Part shown: positions 9,823 to 20,000 of the stretch, in pieces | How the letters are laid out: the number at the start of each line of letters is the position of its first letter | Numbering within the stretch: the first letter of the stretch is position 1 | NCBI GenBank assembly: GCA_049999805.1 | Contig: JBNGIO010005847.1 | Span: 121,178-141,177, forward strand | DNA: 20,000 nt | Direction: 5' to 3' | Source: Folioceros fuciformis | Lineage: Eukaryota | Program-made: the position numbers and the translations under genes | Notes under the pieces: generated by a model | The model's input: the letters and a program-made list of their open reading frames with translations, nothing else | Databases searched by the model: none | Told to the model about the DNA's origin: nothing

Positions 9823-11356
9823 GGGCAAAACACTCTTTAGGTACCTCCAGATATCGTAAGCAGGGGTCCATCTCTCTTCTATTCTTCGCCGCCGTCGTGG
9901 ACTCTAGACCCCAAGTGGCTGCATGTCTAATCCGTGCGGCGAAGGGATGTGTGAATGCGGTGGGCCTCGTAACGTGGCTGAAGGCAAGTAATTAAGACAG
10001 CAGTCGGGTGGTCTGAGAGGTCCTTTTCTCATTTCCCTTGCGTTTGAATGCGGCGCAGTATTAGCACCTGCCCGACTGCTGTACCAGCGGACAAGACGCT
10101 GTCCGGGATACGAAGGTTAAGATGTAACAGTAATGTCTGTCAAGGAAATTAACTTTATAGGTGACCTTTTAGAAAAATTCCAGATAGTCACCATGATCCG
10201 CTTACAAACAGGCGCCTCTGCCCTACACCCTAATTCCATGATGCCGTATAATATGTGAGCCTTCGGTATGGAACACCTTCATGTGTTTTATGTAATAATG
10301 ACGGCTTCATTTGTCTGTCCCAACCGGGTAGAAAGGCGATGATCCTCAACCCAGTGGACGGGCAATCATCCTCGATGGAACCAAGTGTTTGTCAGGCGAC
10401 AAGTATGGAACTGCAGCTGAAGCATGGCCTTCGCCTCCCCCCGCATTGACGTCGTCCTCTGCGTGGTGAGTGTAGAAATGGCACCGTGGATGTAATCGGA
10501 CGCTTGGCGCAAACCGTCGGAGAAGAAGTAGCCCCGTGGCATGTCCCGATTGTTCAGGGTGGTATGTCTAGCCCAAGCCTGCCTAAACTGATGCCTTGTC
10601 CTCCTCCAGGGGAAACCAGGCGATTGGGGACGGTGCTGTTGGCACCTCCTGTTCACGCTTGACACTCGCCCCGAAGAACATACCAAGCCAGGCCACAGAG
10701 ACTGTTGGCGCTGAGAGCCGATATCATCACAAGTGAGCTGCAGGGAAATCGTTCAAGGTATCTTGATGTCAGTCGGTTGTTGGAAGCTACCTGAGCACAT
10801 GCTAAAGAAATGCTTGAATCAGGCTCGATTATGCGCCAAAGTTTTGTTCGATTGCGCGACGCAACCACACCTCAAAGCTGCAGAGTGTGCATTGCAAACA
10901 GCCTGATGCTGCTTGAAGCACGGGAGACGTGCATTATCATTGCTTTGTGTCCGAGTCGAACCACCGAATAGCAAATGCTTGACAAATCTAGAACCGATAT
11001 GCAAGAGGCTCAAACCTGGCTGGTAGGAGTCAGGAACCACCGAAACTTCACTAGTGGCAAAACGCCATCATTTCCATATGAAAGAAACACATCCCGCATG
11101 ACGCCAAGCTGAAGGCTCAGATCACTGTCACGAGCTGCCGTGTACGACAAACCTAGTAGCCATCAGTGAGAACGAAGGAGCGCCGTGCAGCAACAGCTCT
11201 TGCAGCCGCTCAATCTCCCTCTTCCGCCTTTAAAGCGGCGGCAATTCCAAGCCTCACATCGTCCATCACCTTCCTCTCCAGCACTCAGGTTTCCAACCAT
11301 TTGAAGCAAGCCGCGCGAACGATCCTCTCAACCAGCTCCCGCGCTACCAAGCCGCC

Positions 11357-11947
11357 ATGGCTTCCAACTCGAACGGCATGAAGCTCATCTTGGCTGCGGC
11401 GCTGGCGACCGCGGCACTGGCCCTGGTATCGGCTCAAACCAGCTCCATCACAAGCAAGTACCACGAATTCACGTACTACATGCACGCCTACGGATCGGGG
11501 CCGAACGTGACAGGGTACGATCTTCTGAACCCCGTTGCCGGAGAGGAATCCACGCACTTCGGCCAGCTGCGCGCGTTCGATGCGAAGCTGCGAAAGACGG
11601 ACTCGGTGGAATCGAGGTACGTCGGGCACGCTCGAGGCTTTGCCATGTACGATGCGCTGAACAAGGCGGGCGTGGACGTCTACTGGTGCTCGTACTTCTA
11701 CGGCGTCAACGACAAGCCGGTGGTATTGAGCGGCATAAGCATCGCGTCCGGTAGCGGCTTGTGCTACCGATCCTTCTATTACAGTGGCTCAGCCAGCTGG
11801 GAGAAGGTTGTGGTCGGGGGTACCGGCTCCTTCCGGTTCTGCAAAGGCTACACTGTCGAGACTCCCATCTCCGAGGACCCCGTCTCTGGGCTGGAGATAT
11901 ACCAGATTAAAGTGCACACACTTTGTGACAAAATCGCACATCCCTAA
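11357..11947 (+). CDS. Dirigent (DIR)-family secreted protein, divergent, intronless, 196 aa
   Basis: Hydrophobic signal peptide LILAAALATAALALVSA. DIR motifs: FTYYMHA (~FYFHD), N-glycosylation site NVT, FGQLRAFDAKL (~FGxxxVFDDxL), SRYVGHARG (~SxxVGRAQG), EKVVVGGTGSFRFCKGY (~ExSVVGGTGxFRxARGY). Codon third positions are GC-rich and an AT-rich 3' UTR follows. Met8 is an alternative start. Confidence 0.88.
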   Translation: MASNSNGMKLILAAALATAALALVSAQTSSITSKYHEFTYYMHAYGSGPNVTGYDLLNPVAGEESTHFGQLRAFDAKLRKTDSVESRYVGHARGFAMYDALNKAGVDVYWCSYFYGVNDKPVVLSGISIASGSGLCYRSFYYSGSASWEKVVVGGTGSFRFCKGYTVETPISEDPVSGLEIYQIKVHTLCDKIAHP

Positions 11948-12575
11948 AACGCCATTCAGCCATTTCGTTTCAATGAAACCAAACCCCTCGATTATGAGTA
12001 ACGTATATACATCATATACAAATCTACATAGAAGCATATATATACATCATTCTATTAAATCATAAAGATATCATATATAAAGTCACATACCTTCTCCTTC
12101 TTGTTCTTGCTATGTTACAAAACAAATAAGAGTTGTGTATGAGATGCAACAAATTTCATAGATGTGACGTTAGGAAAAGTTTTCTCAAATTTTTCATAGT
12201 TCTAATGTGCTATGGATGTTGTCTACAAAGCTTTGGAGTTATTTGACAAGCTTGAAGTTGGGTTGCCATGACCTTTCAAGTTAATACAAGACTTATCTCT
12301 TACATTTGTAACAACTTCAAGCACTCTAAGTGCCTTCTTATAGGACAATAGTTTTCCCTCTATTCAAGTTCTTCAAGTCTTACTTAACTTGTGTTTGCAA
12401 TTCAGCTACCTCAATCTATGAAGTACTTAATCTTCTACAACCAAGCATGAATGAGTTCCACATTCCGGTTGCTTGTCTAATAGGAATACAATTTTTCTAG
12501 CAACACTCTACTTCGCAGCTGTTATGAAGGACCTCGCTAATCCCATCACCTTACTTTAGCATATTGTCACACCCC

Positions 12576-12755
12576 TTAGAAGGCACAGTACCAATCCATT
12601 GAAGATTGTAGTGCAACATTGTACAATACCCTAGATTAGAAGGCGTGACAACAATGCATTGCATATTGGAGTGCAATATTGCAAGGTGCACTAAGCTAAT
12701 GAGCATGACAACAATGCAATCAAGATCAAAGCGCAAAGTTAAGAAGTGAGCTATT
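12576..12755. repeat. Three degenerate 60-bp tandem units
   Basis: Units start at 12576, 12636 and 12696. Shared cores include TTAGAAGGC, (TGAC)AACAATGCA and AGTGCAA. Confidence 0.6.
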
Positions 12756-12762
12756 CACAATA

Positions 12763-13099
12763 GTAAAAATGAGCTTAGTCTTCCTCTATCATATATTGTA
12801 ACACTTTGTTGGCAAAGGGTTTCTATTGCTCTATAGTGAGTGTTGACTAATGCCATATACAGGACGACAATGTTAGCAAACCCATAGGGCCATGTGCAAG
12901 GCATTTTCCAAGTTTTTGAAGTCTTGATGCGTGCAAGGCATTTTCCAAGTTTTTGAAGTCTTGCATCAAGACAATTCTTATTTGTAAAAATGAGTGTAGT
13001 CTTCCACTTTCATATATTGTAACACTTGTTTGGCAGAGGGTTTCTATTGCTCTATAGCAAGTGTTGTCTAATGCCATATATAGGACGACAATGTTGGCA
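12763..13099. repeat. 116-bp direct repeat pair (12763-12878 and 12984-13099) flanking an internal 33-bp perfect duplication (12894-12926 and 12931-12963)
   Basis: Hand alignment gives about 12 mismatches in 116 bp with no gaps. The internal unit GTGCAAGGCATTTTCCAAGTTTTTGAAGTCTTG occurs twice. Confidence 0.9.
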
Positions 13100-13866
13100 T
13101 GAGAGGCGGTGTCAGCAACCTCAGACCATATGTTTTAGATGCTATTCGTAGTCCTTAGCCTTCGGGGGTTAGGCCTAGTGTTCCTATCATGGTTTATCTT
13201 CCTCTCAGGGGTAGTTGGGTTTTTCCATCTTGTTCTTCTAAAATAAATAAATTTGATAAAATAATTTTAAAACATCATCCAATCTATACTAACCTTGGGG
13301 CAAGAGGGTATGATAGAGCAAGGTGGAGTAGAGTAAAAGAGTCAAAGAGTTTGCAATAGGCCAGGCCATGGGCACAAGATAAAAGAGCCTACCGTAGGCA
13401 TGGCAGTTGTGTCTTGTAGCACCACGTAGATAAGGAAAAAAACAGGGCATTGCTCCGAAAGACCCAATAAGATTGCTCAAATGTGGTAGCGATTCTGCAA
13501 GCAGCGAGGCCACCATGTTCTGGAAGACAGAATTGCGGGCACTGGAGCCACTATCTTGGTATTTACTTGGCGAGTGCAACCTGGAAACTGTAAATTAGAC
13601 AAGGGTGGAGTTTAAATTAGGACGGGGGCGGCGGCCGCGTCCCGAAAGACGTGGAGACTAGCAACTGCATTTGCCCGATGAGCTGCCCCTCGATGTAGGC
13701 GCGAACTTAACGAATCGTAGTCCCGTTGCTTACAACACGCTACTCTCTGGATCCCCTGCCACTGCCGAGCAGCTGGAAAGGAAGATGCGGGTGCGGGATG
13801 TGGCGACACAGAATCGAGGGGACTGGTCGCAAGGATGAGCGGTCCCCTGCGCTTGCAACAGCGAGG

Positions 13867-16766
13867 ATGGCTGGTCTCAGCTGCTGGATTGCCGTGTTAT
13901 TATTCATCAGCTATGTGAGCACTCGTATTCTGGCAGATGTGCAACCGGGTAGGCTTCTAACGCCATGCCTAGTCTTGCTGTTTGGGGGGAGCAGGAGGAT
14001 GGTGTGAGGTGGTCCAGTGACTGACGGTGTGAGGCCGCAGGACCATTCCAGGCGCGGATCAGTTGTGGGTCGGGAAACGATGTGGAGAGCAGCAATGTGC
14101 AATGGGAGAAGGATTTTGGGTATTCCGGGGGGAGGACTGGCTCGATTCCGGCGTCGCAGAAGAATGTGTTGTTCCCGGAGCTGACCACTCTGCGGTACTT
14201 CCAGCTCTCGGATGGGAAGAATAACTGTTACAACATCAGTGCTCCTGATGGGCACTACTTCTTCAGGTGCTGGCTAGTTTTGAGACGGCCCAATTTCGTG
14301 TTTTGGGATGTGGGTGGTTGGTGTGATATGGAGGTTTTGGTGGATGTGCAGGTTCTACTTTGCGTACCAGGGTGCTGAGCCCCAATTTGAGGTGTCTCTG
14401 GAGGGCACCGTTATCTACGAACTCAAGGCTGGGTGGAGCAAGTTGACGGGTTTTGCAGACTTGGTAAATTTTGAGTATGCTGATTCTCTGGTGTATGTGG
14501 GAGACGGTGCTGCTACAGCCTGCTTTCACAGCAGTGGGCATGGGAATCCCTCCGTTGCCACTTTTGAGGTTCTGCAAGTCAGTGATCAGTCTTATTCATG
14601 GAGTACCAATGACATGGTGTTGAAGACTGTGAAGCGGGTGAGTTGTGGGTCTCAGAACACTGCACCCAAGTTCAATTACAGTGCTGATCCATGGGGAGGC
14701 AACCGGTACTGGTCCAGCGATACTTCTATCACTGGAGAAGCCAACATTAGAGATATGTCGACCAACCAGCCCATTGATAATGTGAACATGAAGCCGTTAT
14801 ACTTCCCCATGGGTTTGTATCAGAGTGCCAGGGTCACTACAGTGGCGGGTATCCCTTTGAGTTACACTTACCCTTTGAGTCCACGGCAGAATCCCTCTCC
14901 AAGATTGTTCTACATTTGGATCCACTTGGCTGAGATCGACCCGACGATAACTGAAGCTGGCCAGAGAATGTTCAATGTCACTGTGAACAACGCCCTATTG
15001 TTTGATTCTGTGGACATAGTGAAACTTATTGGGGCTCCCTACTCTGCCCTGTTCCTAAACTCTACGGCGAATGTAGTAGGGAGCACTCTGACCCTCACAT
15101 TCATACCGGAGTCCTTTTCTACAGTACTTGTTAGTGGCTTCGAGATCTACGAGGTTATTGCAACCGAGTTCACAACGAGAACGGAGGAAGGTACGGGTGT
15201 CCAGACACAGACTAGGTTGCCTTCTTCATTCCCAGTCGCACTGGCTTCTGTTGCTACCAGCTCTGAAAGTATGCAGGGAATGTTGGGTCACAGCCTGGGC
15301 ATTGCAGTCTCTGAAGTCCTCATTGCAGCTGTCTGCACGCCTCGGCTGGACTGGGGATCCATGTAACCCCTATCCCTGGGATGGGATCGTCTGTGACTTC
15401 CATCAACCCGATGCCTGGGTCATCAAATCTCTGTATGTGCGCTCAGAAGTCGTTTTTTTCCTCTTTCTCGAGCAGGTGGTGGTCGGTTGTCCCATAGTCT
15501 GCCATGCTGTGCTTGCATGCTTACAATCAAAAGTGCGTGCATGCATTGTTGCAGGGACCTGGACACCCGTGATATATCAGGGCAAATCAGTGCTGACATA
15601 GGCCAACTTTCCTCCCTCGTCAGCGTGTGAGCGTCGTCCTCTCTGCCCCTTCTCTCCTCCCTTCACTTGTCAAATCCTGAACACTGCAGCAATTCATACT
15701 TTCCTTTTCTGCCCCCTTGCTTCTCCTAACGGTGTTCATGGGACGGACTCGAAGGCATTTCCTCATCGAAATGGGGGTATAACATGGGCCATCTGTTTCT
15801 GCAGTAATCTCAGCCACAACAAGATATCGGGGATAATACCGTCGAGCCTGGGAAGCATCGAAAACCTGACCGAACTGTGGGTGGACTTGTGACGTTTTTC
15901 GTGCTCTGTTGCGGACAGCCAGATGCGAGTCCAGTTGCATTTGATGTTGAAAACTGGAGTGCACTGGATTCTTGCTGCAGGGACTTGTCCTACAACCTTC
16001 TCGGGGGCTCAATACCATCCAGCCTGGGAAACCTGTCAAAGCTCCAAGACCTGTATTCTCGTCTTGAGCTCTCATGAGACCACATGAAATCTTGGGCTTT
16101 CCGTAGAAACCAGTCGGGAGGCTCTCCAACTCTACTTACCCTGGGAATTGCATGTCCAGGTATCTCAATCAAAATCAACTATCAGGAGAGGTTCCATCGA
16201 GCTTGGGTGCTGGTCTGATCAGAGGAGCAAGTTACAAGTAAGTCCAGCCCGAATTATATAGGCAATCAATTCAAAGTCTGTTGAGAGTGGCTGAACAACG
16301 TCCTTTTGTTTGTTTCCTCCTGGCCCGGTGTGTGCTGGGCAGTTTTTCAGACAACCCAAAGTTGTGCGGGCCTGGTTTTGCTCCATGTTCAAGAGGCCTG
16401 TCAACCCGTGCCAAAGCAGGCGTGTTTGTTGCCACCATCTTCGCGGCCTTCACGCTGGTGGGCTGCATCTTCTGCTACTGCAAGAGGAGGCAAAACATCG
16501 CAAGAAGCCGGCGGCTATTGCTAAGTGAGTACCTACCGCTAGCACCCGGTCGTGAACGTCTAGCTAGCTAGCTAACGTCTTGGGGTCCGATCCAGCACTG
16601 ACCAAAACCTTGGTTCCATCACGCAAATGCAGCTCATGATGCCCCGTATGCCAAGTCAAGAACCAGTAAATCTCGACTACCGGACATACAGCTGTCTCGA
16701 ACTTCACCAGAGGAGTTTCAGTTTCACTCAATGTATTCCAATGCACCTCCGCGGCGTGCTCGTTAG
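13867..16766 (+). CDS. RLP4: RLP4-like receptor-like protein (signal peptide, malectin-like domain, about 4 LRRs, TM helix, short cytoplasmic tail, no kinase), 631 aa
   Basis: Exons 13867-13948, 14041-14266, 14352-15190, 15294-15432, 15555-15626, 15805-15876, 15981-16052, 16160-16237, 16343-16524 and 16633-16766 (1896 nt, GT-AG). Motifs: RISCG, TLRYF..SDG.NNCY, CFHSSGHGNP, DPWGGNRYW, LGWTGDPC, 72-nt LRR exons (DLSYNLLGGSIPSSLGNLSKLQDL), NFSDNPKLCG, the TM helix, and the RLP4-like tail KRRQNI...DAPYAK. Confidence 0.92.
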
Positions 16767-17489
16767 GATACAGCAGATACATAGACAGCTAGGTCTCTCC
16801 TGTAAACTATGACTACGTACGCCACACAAACCGCCGAAGTTAACGGCCATTTGTGTCATAGATTTATTTCTCTTCCTGAGCAATGAACAGTACACATCCA
16901 ACGGCTTTCTCCCGGGCCTTTATTTCTCTGCTCGAAGGGTACACAAACCAACCAACGGCCATTTCATCTTCCCATGGCGAATGACACAAGCCGACAACAA
17001 GTCGAACGGATCAGGGTATTCGTCATAAGGATGCTGGTAAGCCTCGTCAGAATTCCTTGATAGCACAATCAATGTAGAATACAAACAGGCCTGACAGGCC
17101 TGTGGCTTAAATGAAAGCCAAGGGTTCAACGTACATTATTCTCTCAAACATTTCTCTCCTTCGCAGCAACTAGGTAGGTGTGGGTGGACAATCGCTTCAT
17201 AGTAGAGCACAATATTGCCCTCCCCAGACCTACAGTTAACCAACCAAAGGAGTGGTCAGGTATCCTAGCTGGCTCAGCTTCTGCGAGCAATCTTCAGAAT
17301 CACGCAGGCACTAGTTATAAGTCGTTTTCCCCGGGAACTGAGAAAGCACAAGAAAATCCTGGGAAGATCTGAAAGAATTGAAGAATTGTGTTCTCGACAG
17401 CAGCCCTTGCAAGTGAAAGCCACTCTCCAGAAAACATGGCATAACTCCGCATATAACTTACACATCCTCTTCAGTCATAGAGAACCCCT

Positions 17490-18996
17490 TCAGTGTCTCT
17501 CCGGAGGCAAAGATTTCCGATGCTTTATCCTTGAAGCAACTCGCCGCTCATCCATATCTTGAAGAACCTTCTTCATCCATTTTTTCTTGTCATTCAGGCC
17601 GGCAAGATGTACCATGAAATCCCCTTTCGCATATACACCTGTCAGTGAGGCCCCGTGTTAGGAATGACTACAGACCGCAGCCATGACCATGGCCGCCTTA
17701 AGGAAGCTTGCACTACAGCTCCGCAACAGGGAAAGCGAAACAAGAGATCGCAAACTGTGTACCTTGCCAGACAGACTTTCCGATGGTTATCAGCCGATAT
17801 CTGCTCCTCCAAGAGGGCCTCCAAAGGTTTGAGTTGAACAGACATTGCATGCGGGGAACTCGCACATGACCTTGCCGCTCTTCCGCAGGCATGCCGTTGA
17901 TCAAAGCCTTGAGTGCATCATTATCTCCACTTTTGGACAGACCTGGTGGTTGAATAAAAGAAGTCTGATTCCACCATTTTTCAAAAAATTGTCGACTCCA
18001 TTCTGAATTCCTAACGAAAAACATCCCTGCATGACAAAGATATCAGAAAAATGCTGTGCAAGACTCAGTGTAGAGTGATTGCATAACATGCGAGGCGAGA
18101 GTGGCACACCTGCGTTCACTCCTGTAACATCCTCAGTCACGATAAAGTCGGGCATGTTCTCATATTCCATGTCCCCAACCACTGACAGAATGATGTCCTC
18201 CTGCAGAAATCAAAAAGAAGAAAGAAGTGAACTCATGGGCACAATTGCTAGAAAAAAGAAACAAAGTTGACAAGCTTGCTGCATCTTCTTTCTCGGATGC
18301 ATGAAGCTTTTAAGGTGACAACACAACGGATGTGGATTTGGACAAGCGGAGAGAAATGAGCTTACGAGGGCGACAGACGGATTGGTAACAACAGAGTCCT
18401 GCATGACGTGAAAAAGCCAGCATGAAGTAAACCATGAGTCACAGAGAAACTCCTTGTCGGACACGACAACATGTTTCCAGTAAGTTCACATAAACATGCA
18501 GCTCCAACAGCAGCACATCCCAAGATAATGACCGTCTTACCACATCATTCCAAAACACCCAGTCGTAATTAGGCAAGTGCTTCAAGACCGCCAAAATCTT
18601 GCTCCAACTGGGGGGCCGCTCTTTATCAAGCACGTCACTGGCGTCGATGAAGTCGTATCCATGTCTCTCAACATAACTCTTCTTGTTGGGTGTCACTAAG
18701 TCCATCAGCCCTTCAAAAGACCTGTGAGGATTTTTGTTGGAACCATCCGAGCAAGTGACCATGGCAAAGCGGAAGGGTTTCCTGGCGGCGTCATGGCGGC
18801 GATGAAGCTCCAGGCTGCTACATTGCCTCCCTAAGTGGTTTGCCCTCTCCAGAACCAGGCCGGCTCCCAAAAAGGCAGTGCTGCTGACTAATAAAAAAAT
18901 GGCAAGAAAAATGAAAAGTATCCTAACCAGGCGGTGAGACGACAAGAACCAGGTCTGCCTGGCCTCCGCGTCCTGCCTACCTAAATCGGTCTTCAT
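17490..18996 (-). CDS. GT34 family glycosyltransferase (galactosyl transferase GMA12/MNN10 type), type II membrane protein, 330 aa or longer
   Basis: Minus-strand exons 18996-18541, 18398-18366, 18200-18110, 18026-17763 and 17638-17490 (993 nt, GT-AG). Features: TM segment ILFIFLAIFLLVSSTAFLG, NKKSYVERHGY, RPPSWSKILAV, YDWVFWNDVD (DxD), GVNAGMFFVRNSEWS, DFMVHLAG. The start is uncertain: ATG 18996, ATG 19128 (+44 aa) or a further upstream exon. Confidence 0.9.
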
Positions 18997-20000
18997 CGAC
19001 TCCTGGCGCAGACATACATTATCCCTAACGGAATCCTTGGCTACACTAATGCAGAGGTCCCCAAGTCCGTCCGCGTCCACAGACTTAGACACTCGCCTCT
19101 GCGGACACACCCCGGTGATCCCCGCCATGACACCGCGCACTAACGCTCCCTGCAGCCTCGCAAAAATGTGCTGCACAGCACTGGTCACCCTCCACCTCAC
19201 AGCCACGCAACACCAGCGCAGCGCATCGGCCTCCTCCGGTGGCAACAAGAAGCCGTTCGGCCACAGCAGGTCAGGCAAGTCCGCAACACCAAGAAGCAGA
19301 GCCGCGACTCTCTTCCCCGCTCCCGCACATTCACCCGTCCACCTGCAAGCCAAGCCACGCAGGGTGCGCTTACTCCACCGTCGTAAAAAACGTGTCAGAG
19401 ATCCGAAACCCCCGCGCAAACTCCGATCCACCTTCACCCTCCCTATCCGCCGCTTCCCAGCAGCAGGCGTCGATCTCCAAACACCCGGGCTCCTTCCCCG
19501 GTCCAGCGCCACTGTCCACAGGCTCTTCACCGCGCATGTCGACACCTCCTCACCGCTCCTCTGCTCGGCTCTCCTAGCCCGCAGCACAAAAGCAGCAGCA
19601 GCCTCGCCCGTCAACCGCTAGAGCAAACGAGGGGCAGAGGCAGGCCGGCAGGCGATAAAGAAACCTCAAATCCCCTCCCCACCCGATTCCCTCCACCGTC
19701 TCAAACACCGCATCCAGCTGCTTTCCTTCTTTCTTGCTATCACGAAATTACGTGGGCGCTGGAACCATCTCCCAGCCTTTGGAATTCATTCAGAGCTGTG
19801 GGAGATCCGCCGCCCCGGCAAGAGCCAGCCCGAAGCAACGTCTCGCGAGCGAGAGAATGGCGAGTGGCCCGGGCTCCGGCTCCGGCTCCGGCAGCTTCCT
19901 CTTCCCCCCCTCTTCCTCTGCCAAACATTTCCTTGCCCCTTGGCGGAACGTCCGTGTGTCGTCGCAGCAAGGCTCTCCTTCACCGTGCCCCGAGCGTAGG

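Noticed and set aside
10255..10449. Peptide CNNDGFICL...ILNPV...RLPP resembling an F-box-associated beta-propeller segment
   Set aside because: Only a few matching residues, with no F-box motif or further collinear blocks. A blastx search would be needed.
12576..13099. CRISPR-like array or intact LTR retrotransposon
   Set aside because: Eukaryotic context, no regular repeat-spacer pattern, and no PBS, PPT, TSD or gag/pol coding sequence.
19037..19621. 194-aa + strand ORF and overlapping ORFs
   Set aside because: Antisense to the GC-rich GT34 5' region, low-complexity, non-ATG start.

Overview
Gene-dense nuclear DNA from a land plant. Short 80-180 nt introns, about 50% GC and compact intergenic spaces suggest a non-seed plant such as a hornwort or lycophyte (inference). 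Five intact genes can be reconstructed by hand: eIF4A-III (+, 8 exons, 408 aa), plastid pyruvate kinase alpha subunit (+, 8 exons, one GC-AG intron, 654 aa), an intronless and divergent dirigent protein (+, 196 aa), an RLP4-type malectin-like/LRR receptor-like protein (+, 10 exons, 631 aa) and a GT34 (GMA12/MNN10-type) glycosyltransferase (-, 5 or more exons). Signals the ORF track does not show: a decayed CWC24/RNF113 pseudogene head-to-head with eIF4A-III; a roughly 520 nt hairpin-dense intergenic segment (4881-5400) that may be a structured ncRNA; loss of the conserved motif-I Asp in the dirigent protein; and an AT-rich island (about 12.0-13.3 kb) with nested duplications and an LRR-like relic. 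No CRISPR array, rRNA or intact tRNA was seen. No new multi-gene system can be firmly established from sequence alone. Family assignments rest on remembered motifs, not database searches.
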